Shown here piece after piece: positions 12,408 to 25,416 of a stretch of 64,000 bases of DNA. Location: positions 1 through 64,000 of the forward strand of contig RBZT01000954.1 in NCBI GenBank assembly GCA_003693705.1, written 5' to 3'. The notes beneath the pieces are model-generated. The model did no database searches. It saw only the letters and a program-made list of their open reading frames with translations, and was not told the DNA's origin. The position numbers were made by a program, and so were the translations under genes. Position 1 is the stretch's first letter; each line of letters starts with the position of its first letter. The stretch is from Polymyxa betae A26-41 (Eukaryota > Protista > Endomyxa: Phytomyxea).

Positions 12408-15400
12408 TCAGAATACTGTGCCATCGCTGCGAATGTGGATTGGAGGTGAACTGTCAGTTCTCATCCTGGCAGCGATAATGCGCCCAGCGCGCCAAGTCCC
12501 ACCTTCCAAAACTTTGGGCAACGGAAGTTCCGTTTCTGATAGCTTGAAATGCTGCAAATACTTTGATTGATACAACCATCACACAGGAAAGAATTTACCT
12601 TGCGGACAGCCTCTGCGACCAGATCAATTAAGCACACGGTGCATGCCCGCCATTCAATGACCAATTCAGATCCGACATCGAAATAATTTCCAAGCGTAGA
12701 GGGATTGCGAGGCATTAACACACCAGTATCGACGAATAAACCACCATTACGGTATTCAGCAAGACCAGTGACAAGATGCATGTGCTCGATCTATTCAGCA
12801 ATCAATCAATAAAATTTTCCAAAAGATAGTGGCTCACTTGAATTCCGTTGTTAATTAGCGGCTCCATAATTGACAGCAACAGCCATTGGGAAAGCTTATG
12901 GAAAGGAACCAAATCGCTGCCTGGAACTTTAGTCTTTAGAGGATTATATGACCAGACATCCCCACGACGAACTCCAGAGAGTGTTGTCGGCCAAACAGAC
13001 TGCAAACCTTCAATCACAGCGCGCCTGAGATGATCATATCAAATTACAACAGTCAGATTGCAGCAATAATTGAGTACCAAAGTATGCGGATTGAAACATG
13101 ATTCTTTGCATCGACATGTCTCAGTACATAATCTACCACATTGCCTAATGACTCCCATTATATACAAACTTGGTTTGATAGATGTGAACGCGATACCGGG
13201 CCGACAAATTTCGGTGCCAAAATATTCAGGCGACGCATCCAGAGCATCCGCTAATCGATGTAGAAGGCCCAGTCGGCCGTTTACACCAACAAGCGGATTG
13301 CTTTTGGAGACTTGGAATCCTTTTTGAAGGGTAGAGATGTTTATGCGCTTTAACCCAACTGAGTTGACACGATGGCGTACTGCCTGTTTAGAGGAATTAT
13401 TTACTTGTGGTCTAACCCCGGGCAAGCTGGCTTACCTCATCACTTGAGAAGGTTCCTGAAACAAACATATCCAAAACTGCAGAAGCCAGGCCTTCCGATC
13501 TTACCTAATAGTCACATAAATCAAATGAAGATAGATCCAATAAACCTAACCCTAATATTGCCTTCAGAATCGACATACTTCCAATCATTTCCCGCTCCTG
13601 CGTCCAACAAAGAAGCCACTGTAATCAAATCGATCAGCCGCCGACTCTTTTCCCATTTGTCACAAGGCCAGTTCTCTAGCAGGTAGCATTGAGAAAGAGA
13701 GCAAGGATGAAAACAGTAAACCCTACCAGCCATTTGTTCAGCTAGATTGACTCCGTCGACCACGAAATGTCGCATGCGACCATGAAAAGGGATGTTGAGT
13801 TTCGGATACGTTTGTGAAATTGAAGCAACAACTTCGTTCACTGCTTTGGGAAGATTCTCTGTCAAGGTAATCTGCGTTAGTTCAAGCGAATAAAGCACAT
13901 TGAGATTTCATTACCCATATTTAGCTTGAAATGAATAAGACTATCCTTATGCGCTAGACTGAAAACGCGCTGACATCGCTCTCGAACGGCTTCCAGAGTT
14001 CGAATTTCAGCGTTGATATCACTGGCGCTAATAACATCGGTATGGTAACCAGCTGAAACTTTAGCAGTAATTTCAATCTGAAGCAATTAGAAAAAAGTCA
14101 GGCCATAGAAGTTCAGGAAACTTACTTGGGCAGACTCTGGAACCAGATCATCCGGAAGTGATATTCGTTGCATCACTTCGATTCCTGCAGATCTTATCGC
14201 ATCGTATTTATCACTGGACATTGACAGCAGCCAATCAATTCGGGTGATACCAAGCCATAGCAGGACATCTGGCATCAATTCCTGGAACCTAGAGAGAGTT
14301 TAAAACCTGATAGATGTCAAGATTCACTTCAACCTGGCATCCCGAACACCAGCGATCGATTCGGTTTGATAAAAATAGGTTTCCGCTCGGTCACCGCCTT
14401 GCTGCATCCTTCGTGCATTGTAGACCCGAAATTTTGTACCTGACTCCATTAAATGTGGACAGCATGAACCAGCTAATTTGTACATTCTCCAAGGGCTCGC
14501 CCTTCCTTTCGATAATAAGCAATGATACCAACACCTCCACGTTGAGCACATTCTACCGCACCCTATAGAAATTACAATTACCTCATATTTTGGAGCTTTA
14601 CAAAGCCTACTTGTATAGCGAAGATGAGGTAGGGCCTGCATGTGCAAATATCGGTTCCGAAGACATCACTTCCATTACATTCATCATGGCAACGGACTGC
14701 AACCTTAAAGGCATTTAGTGTTTAAGAGATGACAGCGATTGGTTAGACTTCAAACCTCAGTTCGTGGATCAGCGAGTTTATCAAGATTGCCAACAAAATA
14801 TAACGTCACTCCTCCGACAGGAACAAGATAGGATTTCAGCTGATGGAGAGTCTCAAATCAAGCAAGATCTGAAAAGATTGCGAATAACATACTTCTTCGT
14901 TCAAAATATTATTGTTCTGAGTATAACGAGCCAATTTCTCACGAACTAGCTTTTCGCTTAAGCCCAAGCGAGCCGTTAATCCTGGAATGTTCCACACGTG
15001 ATCGATGGCGCATTTGATACATTTAATGCCTCCGTCGTCACCAACAATGATGCCATCTCTAGATAACCCTAAAGCAATTATCTTACGTCACTGATCGATT
15101 CAGCCACAGCAATTGAACCAACTACCCTTCAGTTCTTCAAGGTACATTGTTGCAGTAGTAGCAGCAATTGTTGGGCGCTGTGACCACATTCCCCAAGGAT
15201 CAAACGACACAATCTGTCGCCAATGTCCTTGAACAGACGCCTTCTTTAGATGTGAATCCAGGCTCTCGATAAAAAATCTAATATATTCTGAAACAAGAGA
15301 GCATGAACAAGAAAAAGCTTACTCATCCTTCGACCTTCTCATATGGATAGCAGCAAGATCGTTGCCGGATTTTGCTTCCGCAAGAGCATGATAGGGCGAA

Positions 15401-15553
15401 TTCGCACCACCATAAAATCTAGGATTTCTGACTTAGCGAAGTAATTTTGGGAGGATGAGAAGCAAACCCAGCGAATCGACCTGATTCGAGGTCAGCATGA
15501 AGATCAGCAGCAGTATAGGCTGGATCAAAGAGTGGAGTGGAGGTCTTATTCAT
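12408..15553 (-). CDS. Fused uracil-catabolism protein: URC1/Urg1 (GTP cyclohydrolase II-like) plus URC4/Urg3 (DUF1688); many short introns
   Basis: URC1 motifs GGANSPYHALA, IVSFDPWG, RPTIA, VRCHDECNGSDVFGTDICTCRPYL, RKEGRALGE, FQELMPDVL.WLGI.RID.L.SMS..KYDAI, EI.AKV.AGY. These run into URC4 motifs AVRERC, IPFHGRMRHF, LLDAGAG..W.Y, RSEGLA, VPFHKLSQWL, TGLAEYRNGGLFVD, EWRA.TV, LEGGTW.AGR and the terminal SDGTVF*. Confidence 0.92.
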
Positions 15554-16150
15554 GAAGAATAGAAGAGATGTGAGAGTAGCGAGAGCCTCTAAAGGGTTAC
15601 TAGGTGTTACTGTATATAGAGTGCACTTATAGACACTGTCTATAGCGAGGGCAGCCCATTTGCAAAAAGGTCCTTCCGGAATGTTTTTGTTGTCTACTCT
15701 CCATACAACATCACCAAGTCTTTCAGCGATCCATGACTTCACGTCATATCTCGATCATTCGTCTAGAATCTGTAGCCGTTGTTTCACGTTATGATGAGAA
15801 AGGTATACTGTGATCAAGTATTATAGCCTACGATAACGACCATAGTCAAACTCACAACAGCCTGTTATGATGGCTGCTTTCCATTGCAATTGGTTATAGA
15901 ATACAGAGGCTCATCTTTATCATTCTCTGTGAATTTCAGTTCATTAGAGGTTCACTTTACAATTGTAGGTCTTTAATAATACTTGCAACGCGATGATGGT
16001 ATATCGGGTGCTAGATGTCATGAAGCCGAAAACGATTGTGCATTCTATCAGATATGTAAATGGTGCTGCTATTATTGAGATCGAATTTAGTACTGTACTA
16101 CCGGCTAAAACCGGCTTTCTGGAACAGGGTTCTACCCATAACCTTGTACA

Positions 16151-18103
16151 ATGGCATCAACTAACCAGTTTGATATCCATTCTGAGGATTATGTCAAGAA
16201 CATGCGGATTCGTTTCCGCGAACAGGCAGCTCGTTTTTTGGAAGATGTTAGTTTTGATGTTGGGGCTGTACTTGCAAGAGATCTGTCTCTTCAAGACGAA
16301 GACACCAAAGTAGGTTTTGATTTTGCGTTCTAATTTTACAGTGAACCAACACTTCATGTGTAGAATAGACTATCTGAGTTACACAAAGGTCTTTCGGAGC
16401 AGGTTCAGCATATGCACAAAGTCATCAAGAAAGATAAAAGTATTCTGGTTGCGTCAACCGCTCATCGAGTAATTTTTAACAATAGAGACATAGCTCTAAT
16501 TCATTTCTCATAACTGTTTCAGCATAAAAAAGACATCCATTTCACACAGAATGAACTAAAAACACTCCAAGAAATAGCGAAACAAGAGGTAAGAGAATCT
16601 GTTTGCCTGCTTTTAAACATTCTCATCATTTCAGAACGACCCAAATGGGGTTGTTTCCATGTTTCTGAAGCGTCGGGAAGAAGGTGCTGCTCGTAACCGA
16701 TATAAAGAATTTGTGAAACGTGCTGAAGCCAAGTACTTCGAACATCGCCGAGACGGGCGTAAAGGCAAATTTGATTTCCGGCATGTGATTCGCGACTCGA
16801 TGCGTTTAAACACAAATCTCGCCCATTCTTCAGATAACAAGAAGGTCGATAATCATCTTTGCTTTTTGCTTTTTATTAAACGTGCTTGTAGCGTTCCAAA
16901 GCGAATCGTGTGCCAAAGCTTACAATGCCTGGTGAACAACACAGCAAGGAAGATCTCACGTTATCAGAAAAGAGTTCCGATCTAACTCGGTCTGAGGTTT
17001 CAATATCGCCGAATTCAGATCATCCGACTTCGATTCGATCGGCCCCGAACATGCTTTCAGCAAGGCTGGCTTCTTATAAATCAGCCAATCATTCAACTCG
17101 GTGGAAATGTCGAGATCAGCTAGACCCAGATTCTGAAGCGGTTAAAACTATAGTGAATGAATTAGCAGAAACAGTAGAACTTCTCCTCGATTTCGAGCAT
17201 CAACCATTCCATACTGCAGTACCTCCTCAGTACTCGTTTTACAAACAGAATGACACAATTGGAGATATTCAACCCGACCAAGCTGAAGAAGGCGAACCTG
17301 CTGTTGATGATGAAGATCGTAACGATGGCTATTATGGAATTTCTGGTGAACCTAACAGTAATATATCTGAAGATCAACCAGATCAACCAAATGATGATTA
17401 TGAACTTATGCAAAAGCTGGGGCGTTCTTTGAATGATGACGACGAAACAGTCGTCGATGATGAGATCATTGACGATAAAGCCTCTTCTAGATGCGATGAC
17501 GCAGAAGGAAGAATTGGAGTTGATGAGGCTAATGCATTTGAAGAAAGCAAAGAGTCAGCACATCATGAACTGCAGATAATGAATGCTGTTATAGAGAACA
17601 CTCTGAGCGATACTGAAGTCCAGGAGGTAATGCAAGAAGTTTTAACCGCCGAAATTCAGCCTGTTCTTGATGAGATCGACGAAGAGAAAGAAGACAGCAA
17701 TATCGATCACATGCAGTTTGAATTAGATGAACCGAAACCGATATCTGTTCTAGTAGAGAAATCTATGAAATCTGTTTCATCTCGAGGTCAATCAAATCAA
17801 TCCACTCAGCAACGATTTATGGCTCCGAAGAGCCTTCAAACCGAATCAACTCGGAGATGTCACAGGGTGAATCGTGAATCTACGACGACGATACCTCAAT
17901 ATCGCCGAACAGTAAGTTTGTTGAAGGAAACTGCTTGAGAATAGCCTGATCATGTTCTATAGGGTAATCGATCTCGGTCACCATGGCGACATCCAGAGCG
18001 GTTCCCTCAAATTCGAAATGTGAAATCTCGGCCACATTTCAAGAAGCAGCTGAAACCCTTAGCTCGTAATCAGTCGAACGTTAAATTACTCGATACAAAA
18101 TAG
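16151..18103 (+). CDS. Hypothetical multi-exon protein with an acidic low-complexity middle region
   Basis: Chained plus-strand ORFs separated by GT-AG introns, including a 342-aa exon; no family recognised. Confidence 0.65.
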
Positions 18104-18498
18104 TGGAATCGGAACAAACAGATAATAATCTAATAAATAACTGTTATGTACAGAATAGAGCATCATGCATTACATCGGGATTAGAAATTGCCATATAGCA
18201 CAAATACAATATAATTAACCGCTAATGCAGATTTAAATTCATATTGAAAACCCCATAACGGGAAAATTCATACTAGCGCAGAAGACGCCTCGATTTCATA
18301 GTTCTGTGCACGTATTTATAGATTTTTTAACCGATATTGACATGGTGAAGAGCTCAGTTGATGAATATGTGAATATATCGAGTTTAATAGAGTTGATGAT
18401 ATGGAGTTCGGAGTGATGTTTTGAGTCTTTCTGCGATCGCAGACCCGTGATCTATATACAGTAATAATAGCTGTTAGTATCACCATCTCATATTAGTC

Positions 18499-19830
18499 AT
18501 GAGTTTGCATTATGATCTAACTGGAAACCCGACCCTGCCTCTCGTTGACAAATATCGTCCAACCGACCTGGAACAGATCATTTCCCAGAACAACATTGTC
18601 CAGACTTTAACGAGATTGATCGAAGAACAGCGACTTCCACATTTGCTGTTTTATGGACCACCAGGTATCCAATTAGCAGCGATTCTATTTTGCCTTTGCA
18701 CTTAGCGAATGTTGAGATTGCTAAATGTCAGCTTGATCAGGAACCGGTAAAACTTCCGTTATTCTGGCCTGTGCTCGGAAGATGTATGGTGAAAAACGGA
18801 TGCATTCGATGGTGTTGGAGTTGAATGCGAGTGATGAACGTGGTATCGACGTCGTCAGAAATCAGATCAAGACATTCGCTTCGACGCAGCAGATTTTTTC
18901 AAGTGGTGTCAAGCTTGTCATTCTGGATGAGGTTTGACCCTATCTGTATTATTCTGTGCTGAATCTAATTATTCCATTCACCAGGCAGACGCCATGACAT
19001 CAGCCGCCCAATTCGCTTTACGTCGTATTATTGAGAAATATACCAAGACAACGAGGTCCTGCTTTCCAGGATAATCAAACGTTTTGCTGACTTCTATTAG
19101 ATTTTGCTTGATTGCAAACTATACAAATAAGGTTATTCCTGCATTACAATCCAGATGCACCAGATTCAGGTTCAGGGTTTTACATATCATTCTCAATTTT
19201 TAATTTTGCCCTTGTGTTGTTGTTCTTTCTCAGTAGTGCTCTAATCAATCTTTACAGGTTCGCTCCATTGTCTGATTCAGAAATTACGAGCAAACTCCAG
19301 GCGGTTGCAGAAGCTGAAAGAATCGATATCACATCTGATGGGATCGCCTCCATCATCGACCTAGCTCAGGGTGATATGCGTAAGGTCTTAAATACTCTAC
19401 AAACTGTATCTGCTGCATATGGACAAGTTACAAGTGAAAATGTTCATACTTGTACTGGAACACCTCGACCTGAAGATGTTGAGCAAGCTCTTTCTCATCT
19501 TTTAAACTCACCATTCGGTAAATTGGGTTGCCTCTGTCCAATTGCTGCATTGTAATACCTTCATCAGATGAAGCTCGCAAGGGAGTCGCTGCTATTATTC
19601 AAGAAAGAGGTTTGAGTTTAACAGACTTGATTTCACGTCTTCCACCTCTGGTTAGCGCTATCGATGATTTCCCAGCGCCGGTACTGGCGTATGCTTTATC
19701 TCAATTAGCCGATCTTGAGCAACGGCTATCTCAGGAGACCAATGATCGTATTCAGCTTACGACGCTGGTGTCATTGTTTGTAATTGTTCGCGATCGAACT
19801 CTACAGCATTTTCAGGAAAATGGTCAATAA
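18499..19830 (+). CDS. RFC5: Replication factor C small subunit (human RFC5 / yeast Rfc3 type), multi-exon
   Basis: [15 protein letters not shown]|[68 protein letters not shown]. Confidence 0.93.
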
Positions 19831-19906
19831 ACTGTCATTGTTCTGTTTTATAAACACAGCCATTTGCATAGCTTTCGCTGTACTACAAATTTCAAGACGC
19901 TTCCCA

Positions 19907-20863
19907 TTATTTCAAGTATTCAGCCATCTTTGTTTGAACCACAGATTCGAGCTTCTTGCTGTCTGCTGCAAAAGCACGGATTCCTTGGGCAAGCTTTTCA
20001 GTCGCCATCGGGTCTTCATTTAGCATCCATCGAAAGGTTTTCTCATCGACATGAATCTTTTCGATAGGCGCTTGTTTCGCCTGAGCTGGGTCAAGTTTCC
20101 TTTGAACAACACCTGATCCTTTTGACAGCTCCTCCAGGAACTTCGGGCCAATAGTCAATTTTTGGCATCCAGCTAGCTGCAAAATTTCGTCTTTGTTGCG
20201 GAAGCTGGCACCCATGACGATAGTTTTGTACCCAAATTTGGTGAAATACGTCCAAATATCACGAACAGATTTCACACCAGGGTCATCTTCTGGCTTGTAA
20301 TTTGACATATCGGTATTTGCTTTATACCAGTCTAATATTCGCCCAACGAAAGGTGACACTAAAGTAGCACCTGCTTCAGCTGCTGCAACAGCTTGACCGA
20401 GAGAGAACATCAGAGTCATATTGACATGAATGTTCTCTTTCTCAAGAATCTTAGCAGCTTGGACACCCTCCCATGTCGATGCAACTTTAATGAGGATTCT
20501 GTCAGAGGTAATCCCGGCTTCTTTGTAAAGCCCAATCAATTCTCTAGCCTTCTTAACTGTGCCTTTAACATCATATGATAGCCGAGCATCAACTTCCGTT
20601 GACACGACGCCGGGTACAATCCCCAGAATTTCAACACCAAAATTGACAGCAAGTTTGTCCATAGTTTTAGGTAAATCACCTTTTCCAAACAGAATCGCAT
20701 CTTGTACAAGATGTTTATATTCCGGCATTGAAGCGGCAGCGAGAAGCAAGCTGGGATTTGTGGTAGCATCCGTTGGCTTATACTCCTTGATGGCGTTAAT
20801 GTCACCAGTATCGGCGACGACAACGGTGCCCAATGCAATCAGCTGTTCAAGTTCCGACCTCAT
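19907..20863 (-). CDS. TAL1: Transaldolase (classical TAL1/TalB type), single exon
   Basis: [69 protein letters not shown]. Confidence 0.98.
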   Translation of the reverse strand: MRSELEQLIALGTVVVADTGDINAIKEYKPTDATTNPSLLLAAASMPEYKHLVQDAILFGKGDLPKTMDKLAVNFGVEILGIVPGVVSTEVDARLSYDVKGTVKKARELIGLYKEAGITSDRILIKVASTWEGVQAAKILEKENIHVNMTLMFSLGQAVAAAEAGATLVSPFVGRILDWYKANTDMSNYKPEDDPGVKSVRDIWTYFTKFGYKTIVMGASFRNKDEILQLAGCQKLTIGPKFLEELSKGSGVVQRKLDPAQAKQAPIEKIHVDEKTFRWMLNEDPMATEKLAQGIRAFAADSKKLESVVQTKMAEYLK

Positions 20864-21036
20864 TATTGCTTATGATTGTACTAAGTGCGACCCTGACCAC
20901 AGATTTCTATAAAACCTGCGTCTCTGATATCAATAAATATACTAGAAGTAACTGGACTCTTCTAGACATTAATACATTCCATTCATCTCCTGTAGCCATT
21001 CAATATCAAGCAATTTCCAACACAGATTCAGTATGT

Positions 21037-23164
21037 TTATTTATCTCGCTGTAATATAGCACGAGCACGTGCTTCAATGTCGTCTTCGTTATCAGAACCA
21101 CCTGACGACATAAGATCTGGGCATTCACTCTGGTCGCTATCGCTGACATCGCCTAATACTGCCCTGGGCTCTTCAACTCGTCGTCTTTTTACTTTCAGTT
21201 TCTCATCGCGATGAAGTAGTTGAATACGTCGCTTTTCAACGGATTTATCAACAGTCTGATCAGCATTGGCCAGATTAGATTTGATCATTTCTGCATATTG
21301 TTGTACAGAATATTTGCTAACAGCCACTGATTCAGAATGTGATCTCTCATCTTCAATATATACTGGTTCAGCCTCTTTCACTTTAACAAAATCGATCTCA
21401 TCCTCTTCATCACTGTCGTCACAATGACGATGAAGAACGTTATTTCCCTTCTTTTGCAATAGTTTTTGGAGCTTATCTTGAGGTTGTACTGCTGTAGCCT
21501 TCGGTATCAGATTTCTTGGCAAATTTTTCAAATCGTGTTTCGATTGCCCTGAAGCCCCTTTCAGTTTGATTTTCGGTGTGCCACTCAGACCCATTGATAG
21601 AGCCAATTCATTCAGTGGAATCTTATCCAACATAAACACGCTTTTATCTGATGCTAAATGTACCTAATAACACAGTTACTGAAGGATCACTGATTTTTAC
21701 AAACTAGAACTAAATTAAACAAGGGGGAGTGGTTGACAATAGAAAATGTGGAAAAGAAGAAAAATGTGAACATACAGCTCGACAATAGCTGACAAAAGCA
21801 GCTTGAGCACAGTATTTCAAGTCTTGAGATTGTGCTAAGAACGAACGAATTCTATCTGCAGTTCCAGCGTGTAAATGAGCAGGATTAGCTTTCACTTTTT
21901 GCAATTCAATGCCTCGTGCTTGACACAAATCGATCATGGATTTCTCGCTGTCCAACAGGAACATAAGAGCTCGTCCAGTGGCTGTAAATCTTGCAGTACG
22001 ACCAACACGATGAATATAAGTCTCTACTGAGTCTGGACAATCGAATTGGATCACCCAGGAGACGCTTGGAAAGTCGAGACCTCGTCCTGCCAGATCGGTG
22101 GCAAACATTAAGCCATGTGAAGCTTCAAGGAAACTATTATAGGCTGCAAGACGCTGAGCTTGAGACATTCCTGAATGTAGTTGATAGAGAGTGCTCGAAC
22201 TAATCTTGGTCGAAATCATGCCCAGAACTTGATACAGAAAGCGAACCTGCTTTCTGCTGGCAACAAATACGAGAATTTTGTCAGAAGTGTGTGATAGCAG
22301 GAACGAATACAGCAGATCGATCTTTTGTGATGCATTACAAACTATGTATGATTGAGACAGCCTTGGTGGAGTTACTCGAGATTCTTCATGAACAGCAACA
22401 TATTCAGGATCTTTTAGAGCAAGACGAGCCAAAGTCGACACCTTCTTCGTCTGTGTTGCTGAAAACAGCATTGTTTGACGTTCAGTTGGAAGATTGTTAA
22501 GAATGGCATCGAGTGTGGTCTTAAATCCCATATCTAGACATCGATCTGCTTCATCAAGTACAAGAACCTTTAGATTATCAGCATTAAATGTTGCCGTATT
22601 ATCCATATGATGTAATATACGTCCAGGTGTGCCAACAATCACATTCATTTGAGCAATATGAGGTGCTTCATCATCGTAATCTTTCCCACCAATAACGAGC
22701 CCAGCACTAATACTCTGATGATATCTTCCAACAGTTCGAAGTGTCTCAAAGATCTGTAGAGCTAACTCTCTTGTTGGACTAATAATCAATGCAACCAATC
22801 CAGCTTCTGGTGTCACATAATCATGATAAAGACGTTCAAATACAGGAACAAGAAATGAGAGAGTCTTGCCTTGACCTGTTCTGGCAGCACCAAGTATATC
22901 TCTACCACATATACCATGAGGTATAGCAGCTCTTTGTATAGCAGTCATTCGTTTGAATTTGTTCTGTTTCAATCCTTCTAATGTGAATGCAGATAATGGT
23001 AATTGAGAGAATAGTTTCGGTGCACCAGGAGCTTGAGAATGTGCAGATCCAGAACCAATAGCTGGAGCACTAGCATGAACTTGTTCTAATAGAGCATCTG
23101 GCCTGATAATCTCACCAGAGACAATCGGCATCTGCTTCCTTTGTTTCTTCCCCTTTTTCACCAT
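21037..23164 (-). CDS. DBP4: ATP-dependent DEAD-box RNA helicase DBP4/DDX10, 2 exons
   Basis: Q motif, GAARTGQGKT, SPTRELALQIF, GTPGRILHHM, LDEADRCLDMGF, SATQT, RGLDFPSV, YIHRVGRTAR, AQAAFVSYCR; intron about 21663-21775. Confidence 0.93.
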
Positions 23165-23281
23165 CTTTTAATTTCCAGGAAATATTTCAAAATGGATCCA
23201 TGACCGCGGACTCCGTAAGGACTCCAACACAATTTTTTGAAGAATTTTCTGAAGTCTGAATCTGACCGAGATTATCGAACA

Positions 23282-23659
23282 ATGGATCTAGGTTTAGAGT
23301 CGTTAAATGAATGTATTGCTGAGTTACACGAAGAGAAGCTTGAACGTCAAGAGCTTGCTGTATGTGCTGCTATTGAACAGGTTAAAGTGACTCAAAGCCC
23401 ATTCGCCACTCTACCTGTTCAGTCTGGGTCAAGTCTCGAGCTGCATTCGGCTATTGTTCAACATTATCAGCAACGGCATCAGATCGGAGACAAGATCAGG
23501 GATGAACGTCGTCGCAAAACCGAACGTGGACGGATTGCGAAAAGGAAGGGCACCGATTATCACGACAAACAGAATAAGAACTTTGGTGTTGGTCGTGGAC
23601 GTCCATCATTGAAAACAAATGGCAAACGAAGTGAAAGAAGGCGAGGTGCCTCTAAGTGA
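23282..23659 (+). CDS. Small hypothetical protein with a basic C-terminus
   Basis: Open ORF from MDLGLESL; K/R-rich tail; head-to-head with DBP4. Confidence 0.55.
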   Translation: MDLGLESLNECIAELHEEKLERQELAVCAAIEQVKVTQSPFATLPVQSGSSLELHSAIVQHYQQRHQIGDKIRDERRRKTERGRIAKRKGTDYHDKQNKNFGVGRGRPSLKTNGKRSERRRGASK

Positions 23660-23716
23660 ATCTGTTCATTGGTTTCACTGTAAATGTTGATGTTGTTAGA
23701 GATGATATTGTATTGA

Positions 23717-25416
23717 TCAATGTTGTGGTGAAGATATATCATGACCAGCACCACCACCACCATATGCAACAGATTTCTCTAAACTTCTTCCTTCTTTACT
23801 GAGGACAGTCTCCCTTCTCATTGATGATATTGTATGTCGTAGCGATATCGAATTTTGATATTTCTTCTTGCGTTCTTTCCGTTTCTGCAGAAATCGGGGA
23901 AGAGAATCGGCAGCGAGTAGGCCGAAGATCGATGTTGATGCCTGATCTAGTGCAGCGACACATTTTTGAATTAGCTGTATTTGTGTCTCTATGGTGAATA
24001 TCTCAACACTTCTTAATGCTTTTACACTGCTGTTAATGTCATTCCGGATCGCATTCGGCAGATTTACTTGAAATCTGCTGGAATCCGATATGAATTCATT
24101 AAAGATGGTATTGATAGACTCCTGAATCTCAAATACCACATCTGGATCCGTAAATGGTAAACAACTTCTGGACTTATTCGATAAATCTTTACACAGATCA
24201 TAAAAGATCAGATTCTCTGATAGCAATCGATCAGTAATCCCATAAATAAAGGCTTATCTGTCACTTTACCCATACTGAATTGATTCTCAAGAAATCGTCT
24301 GAATTGTTCCTTATACCGAGAGTTCGATAGAATCTAATGATATGGGTCAAGAGCTGGAGATCAAAACACCAATACTAAAGAAACCAGTTGAAAACCAAAT
24401 CTTGTGATGATTTTGCAATAATGATAAATGGGAAATACCTCATGAAGTCTCTGATTATTTGCATCACTCTTTGATACAATATGTTCTCGATGTCTATATA
24501 AACGAAGTAGTGGCAGAACCAGTGATATAAATACCACCAGACATAGCTGAATAGCGCTTAACCCATGATTATACCAGAACAGAAAATCAAGGACAACATT
24601 GGGTGGCAGAGTACTCAGTTTAGCAGGTTGGAAAGCGATTACATTCTGGACGATCCCACCTATAGATTTAAGGATCTGAAACACAATAAAAACGATGGAG
24701 ATCATGGTAAGTTCGCGTTTATGTTTGCTGCTATCGTCCTTGCCCTTGAATTGCCACAACATCATCATGGTACATAACAGAACGAATCCTGGAATTAAGT
24801 TCATGAGGTAATGTTCAGGTTGTAGTTTACAACCATCAAAGTATTGAACGAATATGATGGGTAGCCATGTCACAGCACAGAATGATAATGATATCATCAA
24901 TAGTACAGGCGTAGAGCCCATCGTCTTATGCTTTGTAATGAAGGCATTTACACGAACCCTAACAGACTGCTTTCTTGATTTGATCTCGTCCCTATCCTTG
25001 GTAGGTAACTGATAGATATGAAACCATCTGGTCTGTTCAGATACGCGAGCGAATTGGACCATTAAAACCCAGGTTCTGGCCAGATAAACAGTTGCTGTTA
25101 CTGGAACCAATGATGATGATATAACAGCATAAACACCACAATAAATCTTTGATGAACTGATATCAATCATTAATAGTACAGATTCTAATATCAATGCACA
25201 GCCAACAGCCACAAACAAGGAGATATTGGATCCAGCATCACCATGAATATGATTTAGCTTACGACGATGTGCAATCAGGTACACCATACAAGATACTCCA
25301 ACAATTAATGAAAGCACAACTATGAATTGAGTCCCTTCTCGTACTATAATGGCAGTATTCTCGCTCAGCATATAGTTGCCACTGGCCAACGATGATGTAT
25401 TGTCGGATCCATTCAT
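23717..25416 (-). CDS. 7-transmembrane RGS protein (7TM-RGS), copy A, 3 exons
   Basis: Seven hydrophobic segments, then the spliced RGS domain ILSNSRYKEQFRRFLENQFSM|ENLIFY...IFNEFI...FQVNLP...IFGLLAADSLPRFL. Confidence 0.88.

Noticed and set aside
19907-20863. Intronless transaldolase as horizontal transfer or retrocopy
   Set aside because: The classical type is normal in eukaryotes, other long exons occur nearby, and there is no poly(A) or TSD evidence.
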